A stretch of 64,000 bases of DNA from Escherichia phage HY03. The stretch is taken from sequence record NC_031047.1; one strand, given 5' to 3'. This document shows positions 11,066-21,917 of this stretch, one piece after another. The notes below the pieces were generated by a model. That model made no database searches. It saw nothing but the letters and a program-made list of their open reading frames with translations, and was not told the DNA's origin. The position numbers and the translations under genes are program-made. Within the stretch, counting starts at the first letter, position 1. Every line of letters starts with the position of its first letter.

Positions 11066-12574
11066 ATGGATATTAAAGTACATTTTCACGACTTCAGTCA
11101 TGTACGCATCGATTGTGAAGAGAGCACGTTCCACGAATTAAGAGATTTCTTTTCGTTTGAGGCCGATGGATATAGATTTAACCCTCGCTTCAGATATGGC
11201 AACTGGGATGGACGAATCCGTCTTTTAGATTATAATCGTCTTCTTCCATTCGGCTTAGTCGGGCAAATTAAAAAGTTCTGTGATAACTTTGGCTATAAAG
11301 CCTGGATTGACCCACAAATTAACGAAAAAGAAGAATTATCAAGAAAAGATTTTGATGAATGGCTTTCTAAATTAGAAATCTATTCAGGAAATAAAAGAAT
11401 TGAACCACACTGGTATCAAAAAGATGCAGTGTTCGAAGGATTAGTTAATCGTCGTAGAATTCTTAATCTTCCAACATCCGCTGGTAAATCGTTAATTCAA
11501 GCTTTGCTTGCGCGATATTATTTGGAAAATTATGAAGGTAAAATTCTTATCATTGTTCCAACAACTGCTCTAACAACTCAGATGGCTGATGACTTCGTTG
11601 ACTATCGTTTATTCAGTCATGCAATGATAAAGAAAATTGGTGGCGGAGCATCAAAAGATGATAAATATAAAAATGATGCACCAGTCGTTGTTGGTACATG
11701 GCAAACTGTAGTAAAACAACCGAAAGAATGGTTCTCACAGTTTGGAATGATGATGAATGATGAATGCCATCTTGCTACAGGAAAAAGTATTTCATCTATC
11801 ATATCAGGTTTAAATAACTGCATGTTCAAATTTGGTCTATCTGGTTCATTACGTGATGGCAAAGCCAATATCATGCAGTATGTTGGAATGTTTGGTGAAA
11901 TATTTAAGCCAGTAACGACTTCTAAGTTAATGGAAGATGGACAAGTAACTGAGCTAAAAATTAATAGTATTTTTCTTCGCTATCCCGATGAGTTCACTAC
12001 TAAATTAAAGGGAAAAACTTATCAAGAAGAAATAAAAATTATTACGGGGCTTAGTAAAAGAAATAAATGGATCGCTAAATTGGCTATTAAGCTTGCACAA
12101 AAAGATGAAAACGCTTTTGTCATGTTTAAACACGTATCGCACGGTAAAGCTATTTTCGATTTAATTAAAAATGAATACGATAAAGTTTATTACGTATCAG
12201 GGGAAGTTGATACCGAAACCCGCAACGTAATGAAAACCTTAGCTGAAAATGGTAAAGGAATAATTATAGTAGCTAGTTATGGTGTATTTTCTACTGGTAT
12301 TTCAGTTAAAAATCTGCATCACGTTGTTTTAGCGCACGGTGTTAAATCAAAAATCATTGTATTACAAACAATCGGTCGTGTATTACGTAAGCATGGTTCT
12401 AAGACAATAGCAACGGTCTGGGACCTCATTGATGACGCGGGCGTAGTTTCTAAATCAAAAACATCTTCTAAAAAATACTCGCATTTAAACTATCTTTTAA
12501 AACATGGACTTGATCGTATTCAGCGTTATGCTGATGAGAAGTTTAATTATGTGATGAAAGAGGTTAAACTTTGA
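11066..12574 (+). CDS. uvsW: UvsW RNA-DNA and DNA-DNA helicase
   Basis: 502-aa SF2 helicase (Walker A PTSAGKS, DECH box). Confidence 0.95.
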   Translation: MDIKVHFHDFSHVRIDCEESTFHELRDFFSFEADGYRFNPRFRYGNWDGRIRLLDYNRLLPFGLVGQIKKFCDNFGYKAWIDPQINEKEELSRKDFDEWLSKLEIYSGNKRIEPHWYQKDAVFEGLVNRRRILNLPTSAGKSLIQALLARYYLENYEGKILIIVPTTALTTQMADDFVDYRLFSHAMIKKIGGGASKDDKYKNDAPVVVGTWQTVVKQPKEWFSQFGMMMNDECHLATGKSISSIISGLNNCMFKFGLSGSLRDGKANIMQYVGMFGEIFKPVTTSKLMEDGQVTELKINSIFLRYPDEFTTKLKGKTYQEEIKIITGLSKRNKWIAKLAIKLAQKDENAFVMFKHVSHGKAIFDLIKNEYDKVYYVSGEVDTETRNVMKTLAENGKGIIIVASYGVFSTGISVKNLHHVVLAHGVKSKIIVLQTIGRVLRKHGSKTIATVWDLIDDAGVVSKSKTSSKKYSHLNYLLKHGLDRIQRYADEKFNYVMKEVKL

Positions 12575-13263
12575 ATTATAAATTAATATACGATAATTTA
12601 ATTAATAGAGCCCAGAATCGGGCTCGCCTTAATGGATACACTGAAACTCATCATATAATTCCTAGATGTATGGGCGGTACAGATGATAAGTGTAATTTGG
12701 TAGAACTAACAGCTGAAGAGCATTTTATAGCTCATAAACTTTTAGCTAAAATTCATCCAAACCATTACGGTATAATTAAAGCCGTTATATGTATGGGGAT
12801 GAATTCAAAAACTCATGAAAGACACGTTAATAAATCTTACGCCTGGGAACGTCGTAAAATGGCAGAACTTCAATCAGGTGAAGGTAATCCATTTTACGGA
12901 AAACACCATACGGAAGAACATAAACAATATATGTCAAAACTCATGAAAAATCGTCCAATTACGTGGGGAAGTAAAATTAGTAAAACTAAAAGAATGAACC
13001 CAACAAAATGGACTGAAGAAGCTAAAAGATTGCATTCTATCAATCAATCAGGTAAAAATAATGGCATGTATGGAAGGAAACATTCCGCTAAATCTATTCA
13101 GAAAATTAAAGATAACATGCCAGATAATTCAGGAGCTAATAACCCAGCTGCTAAACCTATAGAAGTAAATGGTGTTAAGTATAAATGCATGAAAGATGCT
13201 TCTAAAGCTACTGGATTATCAATGTACAAACTAAGAATACTTAGAAAAACAGTTAATTTATAA
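12571..13263 (+). CDS. HNH homing endonuclease, free-standing, with repeated Gly-rich DNA-binding modules
   Basis: HNH motif THHIIPRCMGG...NLVELTAEEH; TTG start overlapping uvsW stop with GAGG RBS; no ORF at this position in T4 as I recall it. Confidence 0.8.
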   Translation: MNYKLIYDNLINRAQNRARLNGYTETHHIIPRCMGGTDDKCNLVELTAEEHFIAHKLLAKIHPNHYGIIKAVICMGMNSKTHERHVNKSYAWERRKMAELQSGEGNPFYGKHHTEEHKQYMSKLMKNRPITWGSKISKTKRMNPTKWTEEAKRLHSINQSGKNNGMYGRKHSAKSIQKIKDNMPDNSGANNPAAKPIEVNGVKYKCMKDASKATGLSMYKLRILRKTVNL

Positions 13264-13277
13264 GGGCTTCGGCCCTT
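13262..13277 (+). terminator. stem-loop AAGGGC-UUCG-GCCCUU between the HNH gene and uvsW.1
   Basis: Perfect stem with UUCG tetraloop directly after the HNH stop. Confidence 0.5.
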
Positions 13278-13288
13278 TGGAGAAAAAG

Positions 13289-13519
13289 ATGTTACTAGAA
13301 TTTAAACAATTTCTTTATGAAGCTTCTATTGATGAATTTATGGGTAAAATTGCCTCTTGCCAAACATTAGAAGGTCTAGAAGAACTTGAAGCTTATTACA
13401 AGAAAAGAGTTAAAGAAACTGAATTAAAAGATACTGATGACATCTCTGTGAGAGATGCTTTGGCAGGAAAAAGAGCTGAATTAGAAGATTCAGACGATGA
13501 AGTAGAAGAAAGCTTTTAA
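13289..13519 (+). CDS. uvsW.1: UvsW.1-like small acidic protein
   Basis: 76 aa from ATG 13289 (ORF track begins at upstream TTG); GGAG RBS. Confidence 0.75.
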   Translation: MLLEFKQFLYEASIDEFMGKIASCQTLEGLEELEAYYKKRVKETELKDTDDISVRDALAGKRAELEDSDDEVEESF

Positions 13520-13574
13520 ATTAAAAAAGGCCCAACCAAAAAGGAAGGGCCAAAACTATAGACTAAAGGTCACA

Positions 13575-13742
13575 CTATAGCAAAAGTTGTGTTTCATTTA
13601 ATTGTTCTTCCGAACTTTCTGAAACTGGTAGTTCTTTAATGTAATTATAGCAAGGCCCAGGATGTACAGGACCTTTGTCTGTTTCAACAACCAATGCAGA
13701 ATCGATTGGAGTTTTACAGACAACACAAATCTTATCTGACAT
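13575..13742 (-). CDS. small Cys-rich protein (uvsY.-2 position)
   Basis: 55 aa from internal ATG with AGGAG RBS; CxxC...C motif. Confidence 0.6.
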   Translation of the reverse strand: MSDKICVVCKTPIDSALVVETDKGPVHPGPCYNYIKELPVSESSEEQLNETQLLL

Positions 13743-13865
13743 GATTGTCTCCTTTTGAATATAGTAATATTTATAAACCCATTTTAATCCGCATTTCTTG
13801 TACACGGATTAAGCAAGCTTCCATCTCTGCTAATAGTCGAAATACTTCTTTATAATCTGTCATAT

Positions 13866-14093
13866 TTACCCCATATCTCTCATATGCATATCAATGCCCA
13901 TATCTTTAGAATAAAAATATTCATCAAGATATCCGGCAAATTTTCCTTTAATATAAAGGACATCTTCACCACACGGGTGGTCGGCCAGGATACGAATATC
14001 CTGACGCTTAAGATTATGCTTTTTCATTAAGAATTGAATCTCAGTTTCAAATTCTTCTTCATAATTAAAAGCATCATCAATGCTATATCTCAT
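13866..14093 (-). CDS. UvsY.-1-like protein
   Basis: 75-aa ORF immediately downstream of uvsY. Confidence 0.7.
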   Translation of the reverse strand: MRYSIDDAFNYEEEFETEIQFLMKKHNLKRQDIRILADHPCGEDVLYIKGKFAGYLDEYFYSKDMGIDMHMRDMG

Positions 14094-14506
14094 TATTTTC
14101 CAGCCTCAAATGCCCGCATGTCTTGAATATGCTTAATAGCAAATCCACGTGATTTAATAGCATCAAGAGCTCCGCTACAGAAATCTAATAAAATTCCCCA
14201 ATATTGTAATGAAGTATCAACCTTTAAAACATCCTTATCAGCTGATAGAACTGTCTTCATTTCTGATTTCTCGTAACGATCCATACTAAATTCATCACCA
14301 TCTCCTCGTCCCGAGTAGTAGTCTAATCTAGCTTTAAGAGCAACTTTTTTCTGTGCGTCAATTCTAAGCATTTCCTTTTTAATACTTGAATGCTTATTAA
14401 GCCATTTACTATATAACATCACATTATTAGCTGCTTCATACTGTAATTTAGTCGAATCTATAAACACATCTTTCTTCAATTCTTCTTGAAGATCTTCTAA
14501 TCTCAT
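14093..14506 (-). CDS. uvsY: UvsY recombination mediator
   Basis: 137-aa ORF matching T4 UvsY. Confidence 0.95.
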   Translation of the reverse strand: MRLEDLQEELKKDVFIDSTKLQYEAANNVMLYSKWLNKHSSIKKEMLRIDAQKKVALKARLDYYSGRGDGDEFSMDRYEKSEMKTVLSADKDVLKVDTSLQYWGILLDFCSGALDAIKSRGFAIKHIQDMRAFEAGK

Positions 14507-14546
14507 ATTGTTCTCTATTCAATTGTTATTGGATGGACTTAGATTC

Positions 14547-14572
14547 ATTATACCACGTTTTAACGTGAAGCA
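14547..14572 (-). promoter_or_regulatory. candidate MotA-dependent middle promoter for uvsY
   Basis: Minus strand reads TGCTTCA, 13 nt, TATAAT, about 40 nt upstream of the uvsY ATG. Confidence 0.4.
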
Positions 14573-14971
14573 TTATACCCTATTACTCGAAGCCAGTTGC
14601 AGTTTTATCTGCTCAATATCATCAGGGTTATCGATGACCGAAAAGCGTATTTCTACTATCAGAGTATAATCATCATAAACTGGTATCACATTAACTGATA
14701 ATTTATCAATACGTGGCTCATAGTTTCTTACTGCGCTTTCGATATTGCGCTCAACTGTGTCAGCAGTAAGAGGAGTCATATTTTCAAAAAGCTGGTCTGA
14801 TAAATCACATCCAAATTCAGGGTCAAACGGTCTTGAACCTTTTCTTGTTGTAATAATTCCCAAAAGACTGTTTTTAATTGACCTTAATCCAAGTGATCTG
14901 GAAACATCTTTGTTCCAATCCATTTTCATTTCCGGGTCAATATCAGAATAAAGCTTATTAATATTTGCCAT
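14573..14971 (-). CDS. 25: baseplate wedge protein gp25
   Basis: 132-aa ORF matching T4 gp25. Confidence 0.9.
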   Translation of the reverse strand: MANINKLYSDIDPEMKMDWNKDVSRSLGLRSIKNSLLGIITTRKGSRPFDPEFGCDLSDQLFENMTPLTADTVERNIESAVRNYEPRIDKLSVNVIPVYDDYTLIVEIRFSVIDNPDDIEQIKLQLASSNRV

Positions 14972-15597
14972 TATAGTAACTCAAAGAACTCTTTGAGGCC
15001 TCTTATTACATGAGCATGGGTTTTTCCACACTCTGGACATTTAATTGGAACAGCCAAATAGACGGTAGGTTTTAAAAGCATATCTTTTATAGCTACAATA
15101 TCTGACTCTGTGATGATAGAATATAAATCTTCTAGTTCCTTTTCATTTAAGTCTTCAACTGGAATGCTTTCCCCGTTAGCATGAATCGTTTCTATGCATG
15201 ATACTATCATGTGGGCTATATTTTTATCATCAAAAATTTTAGGGTATCGGAATTTAATTTTAATGTCACCCAGTGTATACCAGAGGTCTTCTGGTGCATC
15301 TATTTGTGTATGTAATAGATTTATATGGGTTGGTATTTCAGTTCCACAGGTGCACTTCCAGGAGTTTTCGTGATTAACTTCGCCGAGAGAATGTGCCCAT
15401 AAATGAATCAACAATAGTTCTGATTCTTGGCGGTTTAAATCTTTTGCATTTGTGCAGTCTTTGATTAGCTTTTTAACAATTACTTCTACAGAACCATTAT
15501 TTTTGGCAGTAATAAGTTCTAGATATTCTTTAAGCGTGAATGCGCGACAATTGATTATTTTAGAACCAACTCTCACATCAAATTTGTATTCATACAT
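14971..15597 (-). CDS. 26: baseplate hub protein gp26
   Basis: 208-aa ORF in conserved position. Confidence 0.9.
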   Translation of the reverse strand: MYEYKFDVRVGSKIINCRAFTLKEYLELITAKNNGSVEVIVKKLIKDCTNAKDLNRQESELLLIHLWAHSLGEVNHENSWKCTCGTEIPTHINLLHTQIDAPEDLWYTLGDIKIKFRYPKIFDDKNIAHMIVSCIETIHANGESIPVEDLNEKELEDLYSIITESDIVAIKDMLLKPTVYLAVPIKCPECGKTHAHVIRGLKEFFELL

Positions 15598-15618
15598 ATT
15601 TAGCTCCTTTATTTATCA

Positions 15619-15626
15619 TATTTATA
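15619..15626 (-). promoter_or_regulatory. late promoter TATAAATA on the minus strand for genes 26-25
   Basis: Plus-strand TATTTATA, 22 nt upstream of the gp26 ATG. Confidence 0.6.
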
Positions 15627-15630
15627 AATA
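15623..15630 (+). promoter_or_regulatory. late promoter TATAAATA for gene 51, overlapping the divergent gene 26 promoter
   Basis: TATTTATAAATA composite element; gp51 ATG at 15648. Confidence 0.6.
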
Positions 15631-15647
15631 GAATAAAAGGAGCATCT

Positions 15648-16397
15648 ATGGCAAACATTATTCGTTGTAAATTACCAGATGGTGTTCATCGTTTTAAACC
15701 ATTTACGGTAGAAGATTATCGAGATTTTTTGTTAGTTCGAAACGATATAGAACATCGGTCACCACAAGAACAAAAAGAAGTAATTGCTGATTTAATTGCT
15801 GATTATTTTGGAGACTATCCGAAGACTTGGCAACCATTTATATTTTTGCAGGTATTTGTAGGGTCGATAGGTAAAACTAAAGTACCGGTCACATTTGTAT
15901 GCCCAAAATGTAAAAAAGAAAAGACAGTTCCATTTGAAATATATCAAAAAGAATTAAAGGAACCTATTTTTGACGTAGCTAATGTTAGAATTAAATTAAA
16001 TTTTCCTTCTGAGTTTTATGAAAATAAAGCAAAGATGATTACTGAAAATATTCATTCTGTTCAAGTAGATGAAATATGGTATGATTGGAAGGAAATTAGT
16101 GAATCAAGTCAAATAGAACTTGTTGACGCCATTGAGATAGAAACATTAGAAAAAATTCTCGATGCAATGAATCCTATTAATTTAACACTGCATATGTCGT
16201 GTTGTAATAAGTATGTAAAAAAATACACTGATATAGTAGATGTGTTTAAGCTATTAGTTAACCCAGATGAAATATTTACTTTTTATCAAATTAATCACAC
16301 ACTTGTAAAAAGTAATTATAGCTTAAATTCAATAATGAAAATGATTCCTGCTGAGCGCGGATTCGTATTAAAACTGATTGAGAAGGATAAACAATAA
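15648..16397 (+). CDS. 51: baseplate hub assembly protein gp51
   Basis: 249-aa ORF in conserved position. Confidence 0.9.
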   Translation: MANIIRCKLPDGVHRFKPFTVEDYRDFLLVRNDIEHRSPQEQKEVIADLIADYFGDYPKTWQPFIFLQVFVGSIGKTKVPVTFVCPKCKKEKTVPFEIYQKELKEPIFDVANVRIKLNFPSEFYENKAKMITENIHSVQVDEIWYDWKEISESSQIELVDAIEIETLEKILDAMNPINLTLHMSCCNKYVKKYTDIVDVFKLLVNPDEIFTFYQINHTLVKSNYSLNSIMKMIPAERGFVLKLIEKDKQ

Positions 16398-17572
16398 TGA
16401 GTATGTTGCAACGCCCCGGATATCCAAATCTCAGCGTTAAATTATTTGAGAGTTATGACGCTTGGAGTAATAATAGATTTGTTGAATTAGCTGCTACTAT
16501 TACCACATTAACTATGCGGGATTCTCTTTATGGTCGAAATGAAGGAATGCTACAGTTTTATGATTCTAAAAATATCCATACAAAAATGGATGGAAATGAA
16601 ATAATTCAGATTTCTGTAGCTAACGCAAACGATATTAATAATGTTAAAACACGAATTTATGGATGTAAGCATTTTTCTGTATCTGTAGATTCAAAGGGCG
16701 ATAACATCATTGCTATTGAATTGGGAACTATTCATTCCATAGAAAATCTTAAATTTGGCAGACCGTTTTTCTCTGATGCAGGTGAATCTATAAAAGAAAT
16801 GCTTGGTGTCATTTATCAAGACCGCACATTATTAACTCCAGCAATAAATGCTATAAATGCTTATGTTCCTGATATTCCATGGACTAGTACATTTGAAAAT
16901 TATTTGTCCTATGTAAGAGAAGTTGCTCTAGCTGTAGGAAGTGACAAATTTGTATTTGTGTGGCAAGACATCATGGGAGTTAACATGATGGATTATGATA
17001 TGATGATAAATCAAGAACCATATCCAATGATTGTAGGTGAGCCATCTTTAATAGGTCAATTCATCCAAGAATTAAAATATCCATTGGCATATGATTTTGT
17101 TTGGTTGACTAAATCAAACCCGCATAAACGTGATCCAATGAAAAATGCTACTATCTATGCTCATTCGTTTTTAGATTCTTCACTGCCAATGATTACTACA
17201 GGAAAGGGTGAAAACTCTATTGTAGTGTCAAGGTCAGGTGCTTATTCTGAAATGACTTATAGGAATGGATATGAAGAAGCTATTCGTCTTCAAACTATGG
17301 CGCAATATGACGGCTATGCTAAATGTTCTACTGTCGGTAATTTTAACTTGACACCTGGCGTTAAAATTATTTTTAATGATAGTAAAAACCAATTTAAAAC
17401 AGAATTTTACGTTGATGAAGTTATCCACGAATTATCCAATAATAATTCAGTAACTCATCTATATATGTTCACTAATGCAACGAAACTGGAAACAATAGAC
17501 CCAGTTAAGGTTAAAAATGAATTTAAATCTGATACTACCACTGAAGAAAGTAGTTCTTCCAATAAGCAATAA
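16397..17572 (+). CDS. 27: baseplate hub protein gp27
   Basis: 391-aa ORF matching T4 gp27. Confidence 0.95.
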   Translation: MSMLQRPGYPNLSVKLFESYDAWSNNRFVELAATITTLTMRDSLYGRNEGMLQFYDSKNIHTKMDGNEIIQISVANANDINNVKTRIYGCKHFSVSVDSKGDNIIAIELGTIHSIENLKFGRPFFSDAGESIKEMLGVIYQDRTLLTPAINAINAYVPDIPWTSTFENYLSYVREVALAVGSDKFVFVWQDIMGVNMMDYDMMINQEPYPMIVGEPSLIGQFIQELKYPLAYDFVWLTKSNPHKRDPMKNATIYAHSFLDSSLPMITTGKGENSIVVSRSGAYSEMTYRNGYEEAIRLQTMAQYDGYAKCSTVGNFNLTPGVKIIFNDSKNQFKTEFYVDEVIHELSNNNSVTHLYMFTNATKLETIDPVKVKNEFKSDTTTEESSSSNKQ

Positions 17573-18050
17573 AGAAGTTTCTATTCCTAAAATGGGTCTT
17601 AAACACTATAACATTTTAAAAGATGTTAAAGGTCCTGATGAAAATTTAAAACTTTTGATCGATTCTATTTGTCCGAATTTGTCACCGGCAGAAGTTGATT
17701 TCGTTTCTATTCATTTATTGGAATTTAATGGAAAGATTAAATCTCGTAAAGAAATAGATGGTTATACTTATGACATTAATGATGTTTATGTGTGCCAAAG
17801 ATTAGAATTTCAATACCAAGGAAATACATTTTATTTTAGACCTCCTGGAAAATTTGAGCAATTTTTGACAGTAAGCGATATGTTATCTAAATGCTTGCTT
17901 AAGGTCAATGATGAAGTTAAAGAAATTAATTTTCTTGAGATGCCAGCATTTGTATTAAAATGGGCAAATGATATTTCTACAACTTTAGCAATTCCTGGCC
18001 CTAATGGTCCAATAACTGGAATTGGCAATATTATTGGATTATTTGAATGA
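17517..18050 (+). CDS. 28: baseplate hub distal subunit gp28
   Basis: 177-aa ORF overlapping the gp27 3' end. Confidence 0.85.
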   Translation: MNLNLILPLKKVVLPISNKEVSIPKMGLKHYNILKDVKGPDENLKLLIDSICPNLSPAEVDFVSIHLLEFNGKIKSRKEIDGYTYDINDVYVCQRLEFQYQGNTFYFRPPGKFEQFLTVSDMLSKCLLKVNDEVKEINFLEMPAFVLKWANDISTTLAIPGPNGPITGIGNIIGLFE

Positions 18051-19819
18051 AAAAGCCACAAGAAATGCAAACGATGCGTAGAAAAGTTATTTCAGATAAT
18101 AAACCAGTTCAGGAAGCGGCTAAATCCGCTTCTAATACTTTATCTGGACTTAACGATATATCTACGAAATTGGATGATGCTCAAGCTGCTTCTGAATTAA
18201 TTGCTCAAACTGTCGAAGAAAAATCGAATGAAATAATTGGAGCAATTGACAATGTAGAAAGCGCAGTGAGTGATACTACTGCTGGTTCTGAGTTAATTGC
18301 TGAAACTGTTGAAATTGGCAATAATATTAATAAAGAAATCGGCGAATCGCTCGGGAGCAAATTAGATAAATTAACAAGTTTACTAGAGCAAAAAATTCAG
18401 ACAGCTGGAATTCAACAGACTGGAACTAGTTTAGCCACGGTTGAAAGCGCTATTCCTGTTAAAGTTGTTGAGGACGATACAGCTGAATCTGTGGGTCCTT
18501 TATTACCGGCTCCTGAAGCAGTTAATAATGATCCTGATGCTGATTTTTTCCCTACCCCTCAGCCAGTTGAACCCAAACAAGAATCGCCAGAAGAAAAACA
18601 GAAAAAAGAAGCATTTAATTTAAAATTATCTCAAGCTTTAGATAAATTAACAAAGACTGTTGATTTTGGATTTAAAAAATCCATTTCAATTACTGATAAA
18701 ATATCAAGTATGCTATTTAAGTATACTGTCAGTGCTGCTATTGAAGCTGCTAAAATGGTTGCATTAATAATGGCTGTTGTTATTGGAATAGACCTACTGA
18801 TGGTTCATTTTAAATATTGGTCAGATAAATTTTCAAAAGCCTGGGATTTGTTTAGCACTGATTTTAAAACTTTTTCAAGCGAAACCGGAACTTGGGGTCC
18901 TTTATTACAGAGCATCTTTGAATCTATTGATGAAATTAAAAAGTTCTGGGAAGCTGGAGACTGGGGTGGATTGACAGTAGCTATTGTGGAAGGACTTGGA
19001 AGTGTTCTTTATAATTTAGGAGAACTTATTCAACTTGGAATGGCTAAATTATCAGCAGCAATTCTTCGAGTTATTCCTGGTATGAAGGATACCGCTGATG
19101 AAGTAGAAGGAAGAGCATTAGAAAATTTCCAAAATTCTACTGGAGCATCTCTCAATAAAGAAGACCAAGAAAAAGTAGCAAATTATCAAGATAAACGAAT
19201 GAATGACGATCTTGGTCCAATAGCAAAAGGATTAGATAAAATTGCTAATTGGAAAACCCGTGCATCTAACTGGATTCGTGGTGTTGATAATAAAGAAGCA
19301 TTGACAACCGATGAAGAACGCGCAGCAGAAGAAGAAAAATTAAAGCAACTTTCACCAGAAGAAAGAAAAAACGCTTTAATGAAGGCTAATGAAGCTCGTG
19401 CTGCGATGATTCGTTTTGAAAAATATGCCGATTCAGCTGATATGAGTAAAGACTCAACAGTTAAATCAATTGAAGCCGCTCATGAAGACCTTAAAAAACG
19501 GATGAATGACCCGGATTTAAATAATTCACCTGCAGTTAAAAAGGAGCTTGCTTCTAGATTTGCTAAAATTGATGCTACTTATCAAGAGCTTAAGAAAAAT
19601 CAACCTGAGGCCAAACCTGAAACTTCTGCTAAATCGCCAGAAGCAAAACAAGTCCAGGTAATAGAAAAGAACAAAGCGCAACAAGCTCCTGTTCAACAAG
19701 CATCTCCTTCAATCAATAATACTAATAATGTTATTAAGAAAAATACTGTCGTTCATAATATGACACCTGTTACGAGTACAACTGCTCCTGGTGTATTTGG
19801 CGCGACTGGAGTTAATTAA
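18047..19819 (+). CDS. 29: tail length tape-measure / baseplate hub protein gp29
   Basis: 590-aa ORF in conserved position. Confidence 0.9.
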   Translation: MKKPQEMQTMRRKVISDNKPVQEAAKSASNTLSGLNDISTKLDDAQAASELIAQTVEEKSNEIIGAIDNVESAVSDTTAGSELIAETVEIGNNINKEIGESLGSKLDKLTSLLEQKIQTAGIQQTGTSLATVESAIPVKVVEDDTAESVGPLLPAPEAVNNDPDADFFPTPQPVEPKQESPEEKQKKEAFNLKLSQALDKLTKTVDFGFKKSISITDKISSMLFKYTVSAAIEAAKMVALIMAVVIGIDLLMVHFKYWSDKFSKAWDLFSTDFKTFSSETGTWGPLLQSIFESIDEIKKFWEAGDWGGLTVAIVEGLGSVLYNLGELIQLGMAKLSAAILRVIPGMKDTADEVEGRALENFQNSTGASLNKEDQEKVANYQDKRMNDDLGPIAKGLDKIANWKTRASNWIRGVDNKEALTTDEERAAEEEKLKQLSPEERKNALMKANEARAAMIRFEKYADSADMSKDSTVKSIEAAHEDLKKRMNDPDLNNSPAVKKELASRFAKIDATYQELKKNQPEAKPETSAKSPEAKQVQVIEKNKAQQAPVQQASPSINNTNNVIKKNTVVHNMTPVTSTTAPGVFGATGVN

Positions 19820-19827
19820 GGAATAAT

Positions 19828-20922
19828 ATGGCAATTGTTAAAGAAATAACTGCTGATTTAATTAAAAAGTCTGGCGAGACAATTTCAGCTGGACAGAGTA
19901 CTAAATCAGAAGTAGGAACTAAAACATACACAGCCCAGTTTCCAACTGGGCGTGCTAGTGGGAATGACACTACAGGGGACTTCCAGGTAACAGATCTATA
20001 TAAGAATGGATTATTATTTACTGCATACAATATGTCATCTAGGGATTCTGGAAGTCTCAGAACGATGAGATCTAACTACTCTTCTTCATCTTCTAGTATT
20101 TTACGTACAGCCAGAAACACTATCAGTAATACAGTATCAAAACTGTCAAATGGATTAATATCAGATAATAATTCAGGAACAATAAGTAAAGCCCCTGTTG
20201 CAAATATTCTTTTACCAAGATCTAAATCTGATGTTGATACATCATCACATAGATTTAATGATGTTCAAGAAAGTCTTATCAGCAGAGGCGGAGGTACTGC
20301 TACTGGTGTGCTAAGTAATATTGCTTCAACTGCAGTATTTGGGGCACTGGAAAGTATAACACAAGGTATAATGGCTGATAATAATGAGCAGATTTATACT
20401 ACAGCCAGAAGTATGTATGGTGGTGCTGAGAATAGAACTAAAGTGTTTACATGGGATTTGACTCCACGTTCAACAGAAGATTTAATGGCTATTATTAATA
20501 TCTATCAGTATTTTAACTATTTTTCTTATGGTGAAACGGGCAAATCTCAATATGCTGCTGAAATAAAGGGGTATTTAGATGATTGGTATCGTTCTACGTT
20601 AATTGAACCTTTATCTCCGGAAGACGCAGCTAAAAATAAAACACTATTTGAGAAAATGACATCGAGTTTAACTAACGTTTTAGTAGTTTCAAACCCGACA
20701 ATTTGGATGGTGAAAAACTTTGGTGCAACATCTAAGTTTGATGGAAAAACTGAAATATTTGGTCCATGCCAAATACAGAGCATCAGATTTGATAAAACAC
20801 CTAATGGTAACTTTAACGGATTAGCTATTGCTCCAAACCTCCCTAGTACATTTACTCTTGAGATTACTATGAGAGAAATTATCACGTTAAACCGTGCTTC
20901 TTTATATGCGGGGACTTTTTAA
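19828..20922 (+). CDS. 48: baseplate tail-tube junction protein gp48
   Basis: 364-aa ORF in conserved position. Confidence 0.9.
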   Translation: MAIVKEITADLIKKSGETISAGQSTKSEVGTKTYTAQFPTGRASGNDTTGDFQVTDLYKNGLLFTAYNMSSRDSGSLRTMRSNYSSSSSSILRTARNTISNTVSKLSNGLISDNNSGTISKAPVANILLPRSKSDVDTSSHRFNDVQESLISRGGGTATGVLSNIASTAVFGALESITQGIMADNNEQIYTTARSMYGGAENRTKVFTWDLTPRSTEDLMAIINIYQYFNYFSYGETGKSQYAAEIKGYLDDWYRSTLIEPLSPEDAAKNKTLFEKMTSSLTNVLVVSNPTIWMVKNFGATSKFDGKTEIFGPCQIQSIRFDKTPNGNFNGLAIAPNLPSTFTLEITMREIITLNRASLYAGTF

Positions 20923-21845
20923 TGTATTCTTTAGAGGAATTTAATAATCAAGCAATAAACGCAGATTTCCAACGTAATAATATGTTTAGCTGCGTTTTTG
21001 CGACAACTCCATCAACTAAAAGCTCTTCGTTGATAAGTTCAATTAGCAACTTTTCTTATAATAACTTGGGCTTAAATTCAGATTGGTTAGGATTGACTCA
21101 AGACGATATTAATCAGGGAATTACTACGCTAATTACTGCTGGCACACAAAAACTGATAAGAAAATCAGGGGTTAGTAAATATCTTATTGGTGCCATGAGT
21201 CAACGTACAGTTCAAAGCTTATTAGGCTCATTTACAGTTGGTACATATTTAATTGACTTCTTTAACATGGCATATAACTCATCTGGATTGATGATATACT
21301 CCGTAAAAATGCCAGAGAATAGATTATCCTATGAAACTGACTGGAACTATAATTCTCCTAATATTCGCATAACCGGAAGAGAATTAGACCCTTTGGTTAT
21401 TTCATTTAGAATGGATTCAGAAGCTTGTAACTATCGTGCAATGCAAGACTGGGTTAACTCCGTTCAAGACCCAGTAACTGGATTACGCGCTTTGCCGCAA
21501 GATGTCGAGGCAGATATTCAGGTTAATCTTCATTCTCGCAATGGATTGCCTCATACTGCGGTGATGTTCACCGGATGCATTCCAATATCAGTGAGCGCTC
21601 CTGAGTTATCATATGATGGAGATAACCAAATAACTACATTTGATGTTACTTTTGCGTATAGAGTGATGCAGGCTGGAGCGGTTGATAGGCAAGCTGCGCT
21701 TGAATGGCTTGAATCTGCTGCTATAAATGGTATTCAAAGCGTTCTCGGAAATAGTGGAGGTGTTACTGGACTATCTAATTCGCTTTCACGACTTAGTAGA
21801 CTAGGAGGAACCTCAGGAAGCATTTCAAATATTAGTATACTATGA
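20922..21845 (+). CDS. 54: baseplate tail-tube initiator gp54
   Basis: 307-aa ORF in conserved position after gp48. Confidence 0.9.
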   Translation: MYSLEEFNNQAINADFQRNNMFSCVFATTPSTKSSSLISSISNFSYNNLGLNSDWLGLTQDDINQGITTLITAGTQKLIRKSGVSKYLIGAMSQRTVQSLLGSFTVGTYLIDFFNMAYNSSGLMIYSVKMPENRLSYETDWNYNSPNIRITGRELDPLVISFRMDSEACNYRAMQDWVNSVQDPVTGLRALPQDVEADIQVNLHSRNGLPHTAVMFTGCIPISVSAPELSYDGDNQITTFDVTFAYRVMQAGAVDRQAALEWLESAAINGIQSVLGNSGGVTGLSNSLSRLSRLGGTSGSISNISIL

Positions 21846-21894
21846 CAGGGATTGTCAATTCGCAGAGTAAAATATTAGGAGCAATATAACAACG

Positions 21895-21911
21895 GGGACC
21901 TTTCGGTCCCC
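21895..21911. terminator. bidirectional stem-loop GGGGACC-UUUC-GGUCCCC between gene 54 and a convergent gene
   Basis: Perfect 7-bp GC stem. Confidence 0.7.
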
Positions 21912-21917
21912 ATATTT

